From a virus, in IMG/VR virus record IMGVR_UViG_3300029775_000166, positions 19,914 through 83,913 of that record: a DNA stretch of 64,000 nt; one strand, 5' to 3'. Below the pieces are notes generated by a model, which worked only from the letters and a program-made list of their open reading frames with translations, ran no database searches and was not told where the DNA came from. Both the position numbers and the translations under genes were made by a program. Below, in pieces: positions 30,399 to 40,906 of the stretch. Every line of letters begins with the position of its first letter. Positions within the stretch are counted from its first letter, which is position 1.

Positions 30399-30662
30399 TC
30401 ACCATAGATTATTTTTACTAAGGTTAATATTTTCAATGGCTGCTCTATCTTCTAAAAATGATGCATATAAGTTCATTGCCTTAAGTTGTGCATTTAATAA
30501 GTCATAACTAGAAGATGGAGTAAAATTAAGAGTATCAGCTTTGTACTTTTTTAACATTTCACTTAAACCAGTTATTCTTATTTTAAGTTGAAAATATTCT
30601 GCTCTAAATCTTTCCTTGTAATCTACACTATTCATCATTTCTACTGTTTCATTTAAATTCAT
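30399..30662 (-). CDS. crAss001_48-related protein
   Basis: M.S.DYKERFRAEY.QL..R..L..ML. Confidence 0.7.
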   Translation of the reverse strand: MNLNETVEMMNSVDYKERFRAEYFQLKIRITGLSEMLKKYKADTLNFTPSSSYDLLNAQLKAMNLYASFLEDRAAIENINLSKNNLW

Positions 30663-30728
30663 TATATTATTCTCCTTTTATAATAGTTTAATATTATTAG
30701 CATTACTATAAAACATTCCTTTTATATA

Positions 30729-31115
30729 CTATTCATCGTCTTCTTCTTCAAGATATTCTAGTGGATTATAGCCACTTTCGATAGCATTTAGTACAACTAA
30801 TGAATCATCTGACTCTAGTGTAATTTCACCTTCTTCGAGCGTTCCGTATACCTCACTATATTTACCTAATATTTCTCCAAAATAAACATCTTTACCTATT
30901 GCATTTTCAACTTCTTCTCTCGTAGCTTTAAATAACCCATCTACTTCACCTTGTCTACCACAGTCCCAAAAGAAACTCCATAAGCATAAGTTATTATCGT
31001 TACATTCGTTTTCTATTTGATTAATTTTATCAACGATATTTAATGTCATTTCTTCCTGTGATTCAGATTCTTTTAACACACCTCTTACAAATTTTAATTC
31101 TTCTAAATTTAACAT
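30729..31115 (-). CDS. Hypothetical phage protein
   Basis: FFWDCGRQGEVDGLF..YFGEILGK. Confidence 0.55.
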   Translation of the reverse strand: MLNLEELKFVRGVLKESESQEEMTLNIVDKINQIENECNDNNLCLWSFFWDCGRQGEVDGLFKATREEVENAIGKDVYFGEILGKYSEVYGTLEEGEITLESDDSLVVLNAIESGYNPLEYLEEEDDE

Positions 31116-31165
31116 TTTCTCATTCCCTTCTTAAAATTTAATATTTTTAACATTAATATCTTGTT

Positions 31166-31582
31166 TTATGTTATATTTTTTACTATATACCATCCAAACG
31201 GATATACATTTTCTTTTATGTATCCAAATCTTTTAAGACCCTTTTCGTAAACATGAAATCTTTTACTGTTTTCTCCTCCAATAATAATTTTATTTTTCTT
31301 TAATTTATTCGGTACAATCAATGTTTCAAATTCTAGTATCTTATCTTTTGCCCATATCAATCCATCGAGTCCACATCTCCCAGTTGACTGCAATGTTAAA
31401 TTATAAGTATCTTTTCCCGTTATGTATCCTCTAATCTGCTTCTTTGAGTTTCCTATAGCAAAACACACATTCCAAAGTATTCTATTGTCTTCATCCCACT
31501 TTTCGAATCCAATTCCGCACACTTGACCATTTTTCAAATCTTTGTATTCATACCACATTTCTTCATCCATATCGTATACCAA
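31166..31582 (-). CDS. Hypothetical phage protein
   Basis: TTG start with RBS. Confidence 0.5.
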   Translation of the reverse strand: MVYDMDEEMWYEYKDLKNGQVCGIGFEKWDEDNRILWNVCFAIGNSKKQIRGYITGKDTYNLTLQSTGRCGLDGLIWAKDKILEFETLIVPNKLKKNKIIIGGENSKRFHVYEKGLKRFGYIKENVYPFGWYIVKNIT

Positions 31583-31638
31583 ATAATATCACCCTCTCTC
31601 AGTCTATAATCACATTAAATATCACTTTGATATTATCA

Positions 31639-32496
31639 TTATAATTTTTTAAATAATAACTCCGTACTGCTAAATCCAGCAGCCCCTTTGTGACCACCTC
31701 CACCGTAGCTTTCAGCAATCTTGCTACAGTCGATGTCTTTGTTACTTGAAAAGATGCTATATGTGAATTTACTGCCATCAAATACCCAAATCATAACCAA
31801 CGGATATTCACTATATTTTTCACCAAAAACCCATGAGTTTGTTTTCTTGTTTACTACCAAACATTTATGTCCTGCTATTTCGCTCTCGTATGCGAAATGT
31901 TCACGATAATATGTATTGTCATTATCAATAAATCCTTTAATTAGTTCGCCTTTACCAATAATTTCTTTTGTAATATAATCATCTGAAATCATGTTAATGT
32001 TCATCCAAACTTTATCTAAAGCGTCAAACGGTTCTGTTTCCATTCCAATCTTAAAGTATGTAGTATCAGGCTCATATTGATACTGCCAACAGTCATAATC
32101 ACTTACTAACTTTATGTAATAAGGAATATCATTAAATTCTTTATTATAACAATACATATAAGTTAACGCAGCACCACTAATACCATCTTTACGAATTCCA
32201 AGTATAGTTTCGGCAAATTTATCTTGTTTCTGTAAATTTATACTAGAAGTATGATGATCAATCCATATAACGTGACAATGCTTTTCGTATACTAATTTAT
32301 CAAGTACCCATAGAGTATTTTCTTTAAAACTATAGTCAACGAACCAGACTTCTTCATAATCTTCTACTTTATCTAATGGTAACTCCATGACATAATCTAC
32401 TTCAAAGAAATCTTCTTTATTATAGTTATTTCTATACTGTGCTACTATTGCTCCAGCACATCTTCCATCTAAATCATTATGATAAAAACATTTCAT
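31639..32496 (-). CDS. DHH/DHHA1 phosphoesterase
   Basis: YHNDLDG, VDYS, WIDHH, GGGGHKGAAG. Confidence 0.88.
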   Translation of the reverse strand: MKCFYHNDLDGRCAGAIVAQYRNNYNKEDFFEVDYVMELPLDKVEDYEEVWFVDYSFKENTLWVLDKLVYEKHCHVIWIDHHTSSINLQKQDKFAETILGIRKDGISGAALTYMYCYNKEFNDIPYYIKLVSDYDCWQYQYEPDTTYFKIGMETEPFDALDKVWMNINMISDDYITKEIIGKGELIKGFIDNDNTYYREHFAYESEIAGHKCLVVNKKTNSWVFGEKYSEYPLVMIWVFDGSKFTYSIFSSNKDIDCSKIAESYGGGGHKGAAGFSSTELLFKKL

Positions 32497-32716
32497 TTTA
32501 AATCCTCTCTTTCTTTACTTACCATCAAACCTCTATTTTATTGGATATTTAATACAGCAATATATTTTCCATTACAGTAATTTATAGTTTGTATATCATA
32601 ACCTATAGCAACATATTCATTAATAAATTGTTCTAAATTATCTATAAAAGAACTTTTAATTATTTTTATTTTATTTTTTAATGTAACATCCTGCATTTCA
32701 ATTATCCTCTTTATTA

Positions 32717-33259
32717 TTATAATTTTTTACAAAATACTAATTTAGGTTTCATTTCATCTGGATTAGTATTCCATACTCTTTTCCCACCAGTAAACTTTCC
32801 TGTTTCTGTTCCAGATACTCTTCTACAAGTAAATCCTTTTGTCTGTCCTACTAGTGTCCAATTATCAGCTTTGTACATTGCTCCAGATCGTGGTAATTCA
32901 ACTAAAGTTTCAAATCCAATTACCTTATCCTTATACCTTTCTTCCCAATCTTTTACTACTTGTTTTCTCCACTTTGACAATACCATTGTTCCTAAATTTT
33001 TGTTTCCGTGATTATCAATTAAATGAAAGAAATTGTTATTTATAATTCCATTTATGTAATATGTATCACCGAAAAATTCATTTCTATTTGGTAAGTGTAG
33101 AGTTGCGCTTCCTCCTACTATTACTCCAACAAATTCTTCGTTATAAAATATTTTATATATTATCTGTCTACCAACAAATCCTTTTGGATGAGAGTAGTGT
33201 ATTGACATTAAATATTGAACATCTTTATCTGACTTTTTTGTTAACTTTAATTCAATCAA
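32717..33259 (-). CDS. Mom-like GNAT-fold DNA modification protein
   Basis: HYS..FVGRQI.Y; ETLVE..G..YKADNW..VGQTKG. Confidence 0.6.
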   Translation of the reverse strand: MIELKLTKKSDKDVQYLMSIHYSHPKGFVGRQIIYKIFYNEEFVGVIVGGSATLHLPNRNEFFGDTYYINGIINNNFFHLIDNHGNKNLGTMVLSKWRKQVVKDWEERYKDKVIGFETLVELPRSGAMYKADNWTLVGQTKGFTCRRVSGTETGKFTGGKRVWNTNPDEMKPKLVFCKKL

Positions 33260-33315
33260 TAATCTTCAGAGGTAGAATATTCTTTATCGGCTGCCGACCT
33301 TTACCTCCTTTCAAA

Positions 33316-33756
33316 TTATTTTCCTAATTCAATCAAATATCTTATACCTTCATCATAATCTTCAAATATAATATCTGATGCTTCCAATACAAAAGCATGA
33401 TTGTGTGTGTTATTATTCATTATAAGAATTGTATGTTTATTTAACCATGATGCAATCGCTAATTCCATACAACATCCAATACTTATTTTTTCAATTCCAG
33501 AAACATCACAAAATACAATATCACTCTGAGAAATCATCCATGTATCTCTTTGAAAAATCGCATGATTATTACTTATTGGATTTTTATATCCGCTAGGCAT
33601 TGCTTTGTCAATTTCTCGTAAATAATCTTTTCCTGTCATTGGGGATAAAATATTATAATATTCTTTTAGTAAATCTTTTGCATTATCAAAATAATCAAAA
33701 ATTTCTTTTCCACTTAATCCACTAATTGGGTGTGCTATGTATAATGTTTTTTTCAC
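33316..33756 (-). CDS. Second nucleoside 2-deoxyribosyltransferase-like protein
   Basis: YIAHPI..RD..I..SDIV..D..SIGCCMELAIA. Confidence 0.75.
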   Translation of the reverse strand: MKKTLYIAHPISGLSGKEIFDYFDNAKDLLKEYYNILSPMTGKDYLREIDKAMPSGYKNPISNNHAIFQRDTWMISQSDIVFCDVSGIEKISIGCCMELAIASWLNKHTILIMNNNTHNHAFVLEASDIIFEDYDEGIRYLIELGK

Positions 33757-33865
33757 TTTATCACCTCCTTTAAATACAAAATAAAATAAAATGCCTCTTT
33801 TATGTTATAATTATTACTATATATTGTTTTTTATTATATTTTGACCACTATATCTTGTATGTAAT

Positions 33866-34816
33866 TTATTCAATTTTAACTCCTATGTATTCTAATACTT
33901 CTCTCATACCTAAGCCACCATCTGATACAGGTTTCATACAATATTCCCATAATTTAGGATGAGTTCTTTTTAATCTTTGAAAGCGGTTATCTTCTTTTTC
34001 GCACTGACAACCAAATCCACAGAACACACATCCAGTCCTGTCACACTTTGTTGTATATAGTTTACCTTTGCCATCTTCAACTATGTCGCCATATACACTT
34101 GCATAATTAAGGTTATATTTCTTTATGTATTGTAAAACATCTTGTTCTGTCCAGAACGACATTGGTTGTGAAGTAGGTCTATCTTTATTAAAAGCATTAC
34201 ATCCAACTTGTAACCATCCCGTTTTTCTAAATGTGCTCTCACAAGCCATTGTTGCAATAATCGGTTTATTACCAGTTTCTTTTTCATACTTTTTAGCAGG
34301 ATTCTTCTTCATAATCGTGCAACATTTATTAGAAATTTCAAACGGAGCGTCAAGCAGATATTTATATTTTATGTTTCCCTTTTTAAAACTACTTAAAGTT
34401 CCATCTGGATTAAGTCCATTCATTCGATCTATCGCATTTTTACTGCCACGTCTTGCCCGATAAACATTATCAGCTACTTCTTTACTTATTAATGGATATC
34501 CATATGTATTTATTACTTGTTTAAAATTCATTTCTGGTTTGAGCCATCTTACGTTTTTAACTGATTTTACAAACTCTCTTAGCTCAGGATATTCAAGTCC
34601 AGTATCTATATAAACTGCTTCAATATCAGGATACATTCGTCTAGCTAAATCTAATAGCACCGTACTATCTTTACCCCCTGAAAAACTGATGTAAACTTTA
34701 CCTTCAAACTTCGTGTACCATTCAAGTATTCTTGTCTGTGTGATTTGAATTTTCCTATCTAAACTAAATGATTGCATTTCTTTTAAATCTTCTGCCGTAT
34801 ACTTTTGATTTGCCAA
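33866..34816 (-). CDS. PAPS reductase family protein
   Basis: SFSGGKDSTVL, DTGLEYPE, CC..KK.P, RTGCVFCGFG. Confidence 0.85.
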   Translation of the reverse strand: MANQKYTAEDLKEMQSFSLDRKIQITQTRILEWYTKFEGKVYISFSGGKDSTVLLDLARRMYPDIEAVYIDTGLEYPELREFVKSVKNVRWLKPEMNFKQVINTYGYPLISKEVADNVYRARRGSKNAIDRMNGLNPDGTLSSFKKGNIKYKYLLDAPFEISNKCCTIMKKNPAKKYEKETGNKPIIATMACESTFRKTGWLQVGCNAFNKDRPTSQPMSFWTEQDVLQYIKKYNLNYASVYGDIVEDGKGKLYTTKCDRTGCVFCGFGCQCEKEDNRFQRLKRTHPKLWEYCMKPVSDGGLGMREVLEYIGVKIE

Positions 34817-34897
34817 TAATCCACCTTATCGTCTGCGCAGACATTTACCTAGGATTATTTCATTCCTTTCTTGTAGTTTTGTTTTATATGTTGTTTA

Positions 34898-35323
34898 TTA
34901 AAACCAAGTATCTTTAATTTTTGTTTTTGATTTATTTACATAGTAGTATTTACATTTTACAGTTTCTTTATTTTTATCTAAATCAGCAATTTCATTTCCT
35001 TTGTCGTCAAAACCTTTAAGTGGATGAAATACTTTTTCGTCTTTATATACTGTAAATCCTTTAATATCTATATTCCCATTGTCCGATTCGATAATATCTA
35101 TGTATTCTAATGGAAATAAGTTAACATACATTCCACTTTTAAAATAATCGTCATAATCAGAGGATGCTCCATCTTGTATTATCATTGGATTTCCTGTACT
35201 TGTTAATATGCAGTCACATAATATATCTCCAATCTTTAAATCAATCTCTGCACGTATTAACTTGCATTTAGAAAATGCGGTTTCATAAGGAATATTTGTT
35301 CTTATAACATTACAATATTTCAT
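34898..35323 (-). CDS. Hypothetical phage protein
   Basis: RBS, co-oriented. Confidence 0.5.
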   Translation of the reverse strand: MKYCNVIRTNIPYETAFSKCKLIRAEIDLKIGDILCDCILTSTGNPMIIQDGASSDYDDYFKSGMYVNLFPLEYIDIIESDNGNIDIKGFTVYKDEKVFHPLKGFDDKGNEIADLDKNKETVKCKYYYVNKSKTKIKDTWF

Positions 35324-35368
35324 CTAATCACTTCCAATCTTTTAAAAAATCAACATAAAATGTTGTCT

Positions 35369-35671
35369 TTATCTACATAAATCACTTACCTTCTTGTATT
35401 CTTTTAGTTCTTCATATTCTTTAGAAGCAATTAAAATATACCTTTCGTCATATGCTGCAATAGTTATAGTTCCATTTTTATTTTTCCTATCAAAAACATA
35501 TCCAGAAAGACCTTTTTTCTTAGAATCCAAATTCATAAGATGCTCTAATACTGCATTAATTGCATTATTTGTAACATCTATTCTGGTATTTGTATTCATA
35601 GTTCCTCTTTCTTCATTAACCGTAGCCCACCAAATAGTATTTGATAGCGGCGTTGTTACTAATTTCTTCAT
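35369..35671 (-). CDS. Hypothetical phage protein (DUF7446-like)
   Basis: SNTIW..R.DVTNNAINAV.EHL. Confidence 0.45.
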   Translation of the reverse strand: MKKLVTTPLSNTIWWATVNEERGTMNTNTRIDVTNNAINAVLEHLMNLDSKKKGLSGYVFDRKNKNGTITIAAYDERYILIASKEYEELKEYKKVSDLCR

Positions 35672-35767
35672 GTATCCCCCTTTTTAAAGTCTATTTAAAA
35701 CGTTGTACTTATTTATATAAAACTAGCAAGAATACCACTAGGTCTTCAGCCTAGTGGATGAATTGCG

Positions 35768-37029
35768 TTATACCACTAAGCTATCCACCATCCATGTTTT
35801 TCTTGCTGATATTCGTTTGCAGTTACTTAATTTTGGTGTTTTCCATCCTTTAGGCATACTTGAGAAGTCTACCTTATTTCCTTCTATATCCATAAGTATT
35901 GCATATCCAGAACTCATTCTGCCTTTGATAAAATACTCTTTTCCCAAATATCTCACCTTATCAAATTTCCTAAACCCTTGTATTTTACCTGTCGGTATTG
36001 CTTGTTGACTTCTAACACCTTTTGTCTGTTGAAAATCACCATTTGGAATACACTTCTTTCTATAAAGTATATTTTGCCTAATAGTAAATTTGTTTCCACC
36101 ACTAGCAATAATACAAGCATCTAGGTGATGTTTCTTATCTACTCTTAGCAACAATCTATTGGCTTTTGTGATGTACCCAAATGTTTCTATCGCATCTGAA
36201 CATAGCTTTAACAACTGTAATCTTATACTGTTCATTTGTGTTGCATGTTTTAATTGCCCTTTTCTTTTGCCTAGCAGTTTTAATTTTATACTTTTACTAT
36301 GAACACATTTATGACAAGTGTGACAAAGCGTTATAAGATTATCTTCTTCGTCAGAACCACCGTTACTACGATAAATAATATGATGGACTTCTAATTTAGA
36401 ATCCTTCCTTCTGCCTTTACAGTGTTGGCAAATATAATTGTCACGATTTAATACCTTTGCTTTGGTATTCTCAAATCCATAATTACCACCTTGTTGATAG
36501 CCCCATTTTTTATATATAGGATTATGTAGACTTGAATTTTTAAGTAGATGTGGGTCAAACGTTGCTGTTTCCATAACTAATCTGCTTATTGGTAAAATAC
36601 TCTTAATAAACTCTATTTCTTTCATATGGGAGTCTAGCTTACTTCTCATAGTAGGAGAAAATCTGTCTTTTTTAATGGAGTTTTTACGGTTCAACCATCT
36701 AGCTTTTCTGTATCTTGTTTTTCTATTACGTCTGTTTCTACGATATTTTACACGTTGTGACATCTTATCAGCAATGTCATTTCTTATTTCTACATCTGAC
36801 ATATATAAAACTTCATTTTTAGAATTAATAACAGATGTTCCTACATGACTACTTCCAGTATCTACACCTAATGTACAATCTTGAACATACTCTGTTGTAT
36901 CGTATAATAATTTAATGGTAAACGGTGTTTTTCTTTTTACTTTTGCTTTTTTTGTTTTAATAATAATCTTGCTACCACATTTTCACATGGCATAAGTGGT
37001 TTATTATCTTTAGAAATTACATAAACTAT
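35768..37029 (-). pseudogene. iscB: IscB, frameshifted (-1) in an A7 tract near the N-terminus
   Basis: PLMP, GVDTG, R-rich bridge helix, VMETATFD, HNH (VHHI..DNLITLC..CH), HHLDA; frame break at 36947-36953; ATA start after GGAGGAG. Confidence 0.88.
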
Positions 37030-37039
37030 AATTAGCTCC

Positions 37040-37319
37040 TCCTAATAAATACTCTGCTAAAAGCAGGTGGTATGTACTTTGTCTTACTATTACCATAAGA
37101 TTTTTCCAACTTCAACTCGACAATGATAATATAGCTTACATGTATATATCACAGGGCTTTTCTTATTCCAACCCAACTTAAATATATACGATAGAGCAGT
37201 GGTCTGTTGCGTCAACCAAAGGTATCATAACTATACTATCGTAGCTATTGTTTCTAATAGCTTAGTCTGGTGAACTATTTAATGGAAGCCACGAAGTCTT
37301 TAGCTTCGTGGTAGTTCAC
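37040..37319 (-). ncRNA. IscB omegaRNA (HEARO-like)
   Basis: GTGAACTACC hairpin..GTTCACCAGACTAAG..CTACGAT..GACGCAACAGACC..CATTGTCGAG motifs upstream of iscB. Confidence 0.85.
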
Positions 37320-37384
37320 ATGGTTCACATATATCCTTCTTTCTGAATAATTATCCTCTTTATATATTATTATTACATTAGACA

Positions 37385-37699
37385 CTAATACTGATATCTT
37401 ATAGGTATTTCTTTCATACCAACCTCTTTAAGTACTAAATATCTTGTATATCCATCAACTAATATGTATTTTGTTTTATTTCTTTCATTAATAATAGGTG
37501 AAACGCTTACAGGAATATCAACATACCCATGATCTACATAGAAACGTCTAGCTCTTACCATTTTCCAATAAGCAGGTTTACTTTTTAATTTAAGAAACTC
37601 TCTAGGGATAATAATATCATTGATATGTATTACTGCATCTGTTCCATATGGTTCCTTATAAAATATGTAATGTAGTCTTTCTTTTAATTTTACTTTCAT
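37385..37699 (-). CDS. Small ParB/Srx-like domain protein
   Basis: YILVDGYTRYLVL motif. Confidence 0.5.
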   Translation of the reverse strand: MKVKLKERLHYIFYKEPYGTDAVIHINDIIIPREFLKLKSKPAYWKMVRARRFYVDHGYVDIPVSVSPIINERNKTKYILVDGYTRYLVLKEVGMKEIPIRYQY

Positions 37700-37841
37700 A
37701 AATAAGTTTCTCCTTCCATCTTATATAACAAAAAATATTGTGTTATAATTATTCATTAGGTTTATATATTTCCTTTGTTGCTAGAATAACTATAGCACAA
37801 TAACTGTAGTGTGTCAAGTATATTATTATTACATTAGGCAA

Positions 37842-38291
37842 TTATTTTAGTCCAGTTGATCCGAAGCCTCCATCTGAACGTTCTGTATCTGATAATTCAT
37901 TAACTGTATTGAAGTTTATAGCAATAAATGGTATTAATACAAGCTGCGCTATTCGTTCATTTGGACGAATTTCTTGTGATAGATTACTATCATTATGTAA
38001 GGCGACAATAATTTCTCCACGATAATCACTGTCTATAATTCCAACACAATTGCTAGGTCGCAATCCGTACTTAGTAGCTAAGCCACTTCTTGCAAAAATA
38101 CCTCCAAAATAACCTTCTGGTATTTCCATTGCAATTCCAGTTCCTATTTTAGCTGTATAGTGTGGTAATATTGTAATAGGCTTTGTTATATTAGCATATA
38201 AATCATAACCGGCTGCATAGTTACTTCCTCTGGTTGGTACGATTGCATTATCATTTAATTTCTTTATATTAATATTTGCTATTTTTGTCAC
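37842..38291 (-). CDS. dut: dUTPase (trimeric)
   Basis: AAGYDL, RSG, GIIDSDYRGE, RIAQL, RSDGGFGSTG. Confidence 0.95.
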   Translation of the reverse strand: MTKIANINIKKLNDNAIVPTRGSNYAAGYDLYANITKPITILPHYTAKIGTGIAMEIPEGYFGGIFARSGLATKYGLRPSNCVGIIDSDYRGEIIVALHNDSNLSQEIRPNERIAQLVLIPFIAINFNTVNELSDTERSDGGFGSTGLK

Positions 38292-38294
38292 TAG

Positions 38295-38906
38295 TTATTT
38301 TTCCTCCTTAACACGGTGTACTTTCGATTTATCTCTGTTTACAATGATCGTAGTCTTTTCCTTAATCTTGTTATACATTTTGTCTATTTCTTTATCCAAC
38401 TTTTTATATGTATCAATACGTCCCCTGAGCTGTTCAATTTCATCTTCTAATTCTAATTTCTTGTCAGCAAGTCTAACTGTTTCTTCTTGCTTATTGGATA
38501 ATTTCATATCATAATCACCTAAAGCTTTATCAATTAATTCGTATGTATTTTTGTGAATCTCAATTAGTTCATCAACGGTGGACATTAACTTTTTAGTTTT
38601 AAATGCAGTTAAATTATTAATTCTAGCATAAGCTTTAAAGATATCAGTTATCGTTGAATAATAGCACGGATAGTCTTTCCATTCTGTATATTCAATAACA
38701 CAATCTTTGTATTTTCCATCATCTTCTTTCCCTGTGCGATATGATATTTTCTTTTCTACTAGTGAATAATCTGCATATTTGCCGGTGATTCCAAAATTAC
38801 CGTCAGGGAAAATATAATTAGGTTCATTTACAACTTCACCTAGTCTTACAATTTCATTATCGGGTACAGTATCTTTTAATGTTTTTACTCCCTTTGCTTT
38901 TGCCAT
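38295..38906 (-). CDS. Hypothetical coiled-coil protein
   Basis: RBS, co-oriented. Confidence 0.5.
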   Translation of the reverse strand: MAKAKGVKTLKDTVPDNEIVRLGEVVNEPNYIFPDGNFGITGKYADYSLVEKKISYRTGKEDDGKYKDCVIEYTEWKDYPCYYSTITDIFKAYARINNLTAFKTKKLMSTVDELIEIHKNTYELIDKALGDYDMKLSNKQEETVRLADKKLELEDEIEQLRGRIDTYKKLDKEIDKMYNKIKEKTTIIVNRDKSKVHRVKEEK

Positions 38907-38925
38907 TTTAACTCAGTTTCTCCTT

Positions 38926-39135
38926 TTATTCAGTATATAACCTTAGATCTTCTCTAATTTCATTTAATTTATTAATCTTATACTCATGATTAACTAATAG
39001 CTCTCGCTCAATACCATCACCTGTCTCTTTATCATAAGCACCTACAATGTATGTATAATCATCTTTCCAATACGAATAATATGATTTGTTTGGATTGTAT
39101 CTATTCTCTTTTATCCAACTAGAATATAACGTCAT
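38926..39135 (-). CDS. Hypothetical protein
   Basis: Co-oriented small ORF. Confidence 0.4.
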   Translation of the reverse strand: MTLYSSWIKENRYNPNKSYYSYWKDDYTYIVGAYDKETGDGIERELLVNHEYKINKLNEIREDLRLYTE

Positions 39136-39185
39136 TTATATCATTCCTTTACATCTTAAAAACCAGTTAAGTGTCAGTTTCATTT

Positions 39186-39431
39186 TCATTTAGAATTTAT
39201 ACTTTTTAGCTTGTTAATTACATAGTCATAACTAAAATGAGGTATTGTACAATTTGAGCAATCCTTTATCCCGTTGGAGAGAACACTATAGTTCCCTCCG
39301 CAATCGGAATATTGATAAAGAGGACAGTAACATAACATACAGTTAAAGTCTTTTTCTTTGCCTTTTGGTACTTTATGACATGGGAAATATCCACATTTTA
39401 TGTTTTGAAAAAATTTATAATTATCACTCAT
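39186..39431 (-). CDS. Cysteine-rich small domain protein
   Basis: C.YFPCH..FNC..CYCPLY..CGGN..KDCSNC.IPH; TAATG-coupled to nrdJ stop. Confidence 0.8.
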   Translation of the reverse strand: MSDNYKFFQNIKCGYFPCHKVPKGKEKDFNCMLCYCPLYQYSDCGGNYSVLSNGIKDCSNCTIPHFSYDYVINKLKSINSK

Positions 39432-40906
39432 TATTCGCAACGACTCCAAGAACAAGATTTACAAAAGCTGCATCCACCTTCAAATACTAATTCTTCACCG
39501 CATTGAGGGCATGGATTGTTAATTTTTTTGTTGTTTAACTGATTAATTTCTTTGTTACTTATTTGTTTGATATTTTTTCCGTCCTCAAAGTCAGCGTCAA
39601 TATCTTTTTGTATTTCTTTATACATATTAATTAGTGCTTTGCCAATAGCTACAGGACAACAACTTCCCTTAGATGTATCTTTTTTAGTTGCAGTTCTAAC
39701 AGCGTAAGACGGGCAATTACCACAACTATTTAACTGATCTGCTATTGTATAAACGTCAACTCCCGCTCTAGCTGACAATGATATCATTCGAGATAGTCCA
39801 ATCATAAAATTGTTACATCCACCAGAAGATCCTTTACTAAAATATGTTTCCAATAATGCGCCAGTATCTGGATCAAAAAATGCTGTACAGTGTAGTGTTC
39901 CACATCCAGTAGTAAGCGTACGTTTTTTACCAATTACGTTATCATCTGCTTCAATAATGTATCCTCTAGGAAGTTCTGTTTTCTTATCTTCACTTTTATT
40001 ATCTTCTTTTTTGTCAGTTGATGTAGTTAATATTCCTAATCTCTTGCAACCATCCCTAAATATAGTAACACCTTTTAATCCATTTTCCCAAGCTTGTAAA
40101 TATAAATCTTCTGTATCTTCTATGGTAAAAGAATTTGGAACGTTAACTGTAGATGATATTGACGCATCAATATGTTCCTGCCAAATTGCTTGCATCCTAA
40201 TTCTTTCTTTATAATTTAAATTTTGTGCTGTAATAAAATAATCTGGTAATTGTTCATCATCTGATATATTATTTTCTGCCATAAATCGTTCGACAACTGG
40301 GGTATAAACTTTATATACTTCGTCATGACCATGGAGTGACTGAGTTCTTCTTTCATAATAATTTGCAAATATGGGTTCAATGCCACCGCTAACGCCTAAC
40401 ATACTAGATAAACTACCTGTAGGAGCAATAGTCAGCAGCTGAGAATTATTTAGTCCATATTGATTTACAAATGACTTAGTTTCATCTGACGTATTATACT
40501 CATAGAATTCAGACTTAAGTGTATTTTCTTTATTGTATTTAGGGAATATTCCTTTCTCTTTTGCTAATTTACTTGACGTTAGAATTGCTTCATTAATCAT
40601 TTCAGATCCAATCATGTCACAGAGATTAATAGATTCATAACTACCATATCTAATCCCCATTTTAATTAGCATATCAGCTAATCCAAATATACCTAATCCA
40701 ATTTGCCTCCAATTCCTAACTGATTCCCTCTGTTCTTGTAGCGGATGCAATCCTAATCCTTCATCCAAAACTTCGTTTAAAGCTCTAACAGCAATTGAAA
40801 CGGTTTTGGAAAAATCCGCATAATCAAATGATTTATCTTCCTTAACAAATTCAGAAAGATTGATACTACCAAGTAAACACGAACCTCCGGCTGGCAGTGG
40901 TTCTTC
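39431..40906 (-). CDS. nrdJ: Class II (B12-dependent) ribonucleotide reductase, exon 2
   Basis: EEPLP..GSCLLGSINL, TIAPTGS, TSCPD-like domain, terminal Zn ribbon. Confidence 0.9.
   Translation of the reverse strand, partial: EEPLPAGGSCLLGSINLSEFVKEDKSFDYADFSKTVSIAVRALNEVLDEGLGLHPLQEQRESVRNWRQIGLGIFGLADMLIKMGIRYGSYESINLCDMIGSEMINEAILTSSKLAKEKGIFPKYNKENTLKSEFYEYNTSDETKSFVNQYGLNNSQLLTIAPTGSLSSMLGVSGGIEPIFANYYERRTQSLHGHDEVYKVYTPVVERFMAENNISDDEQLPDYFITAQNLNYKERIRMQAIWQEHIDASISSTVNVPNSFTIEDTEDLYLQAWENGLKGVTIFRDGCKRLGILTTSTDKKEDNKSEDKKTELPRGYIIEADDNVIGKKRTLTTGCGTLHCTAFFDPDTGALLETYFSKGSSGGCNNFMIGLSRMISLSARAGVDVYTIADQLNSCGNCPSYAVRTATKKDTSKGSCCPVAIGKALINMYKEIQKDIDADFEDGKNIKQISNKEINQLNNKKINNPCPQCGEELVFEGGCSFCKSCSWSRCE

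Larger units (their letters stand above)
35720..37319. mobile_element. Non-autonomous IS200/IS605 element carrying iscB
   Basis: LE hairpin CCACTAGG-n7-CCTAGTGG 35735-35757; RE GAAGCCACGAAGTCTTTAGCTTCGTGGTAGTTCAC ending 37319; no tnpA; left boundary approximate. Confidence 0.8.

Noticed and set aside
28290-37750. TGTTATAATT at about 28292, 33804 and 37741
   Set aside because: Short and very AT-rich; cannot be distinguished from chance or ordinary -10 elements
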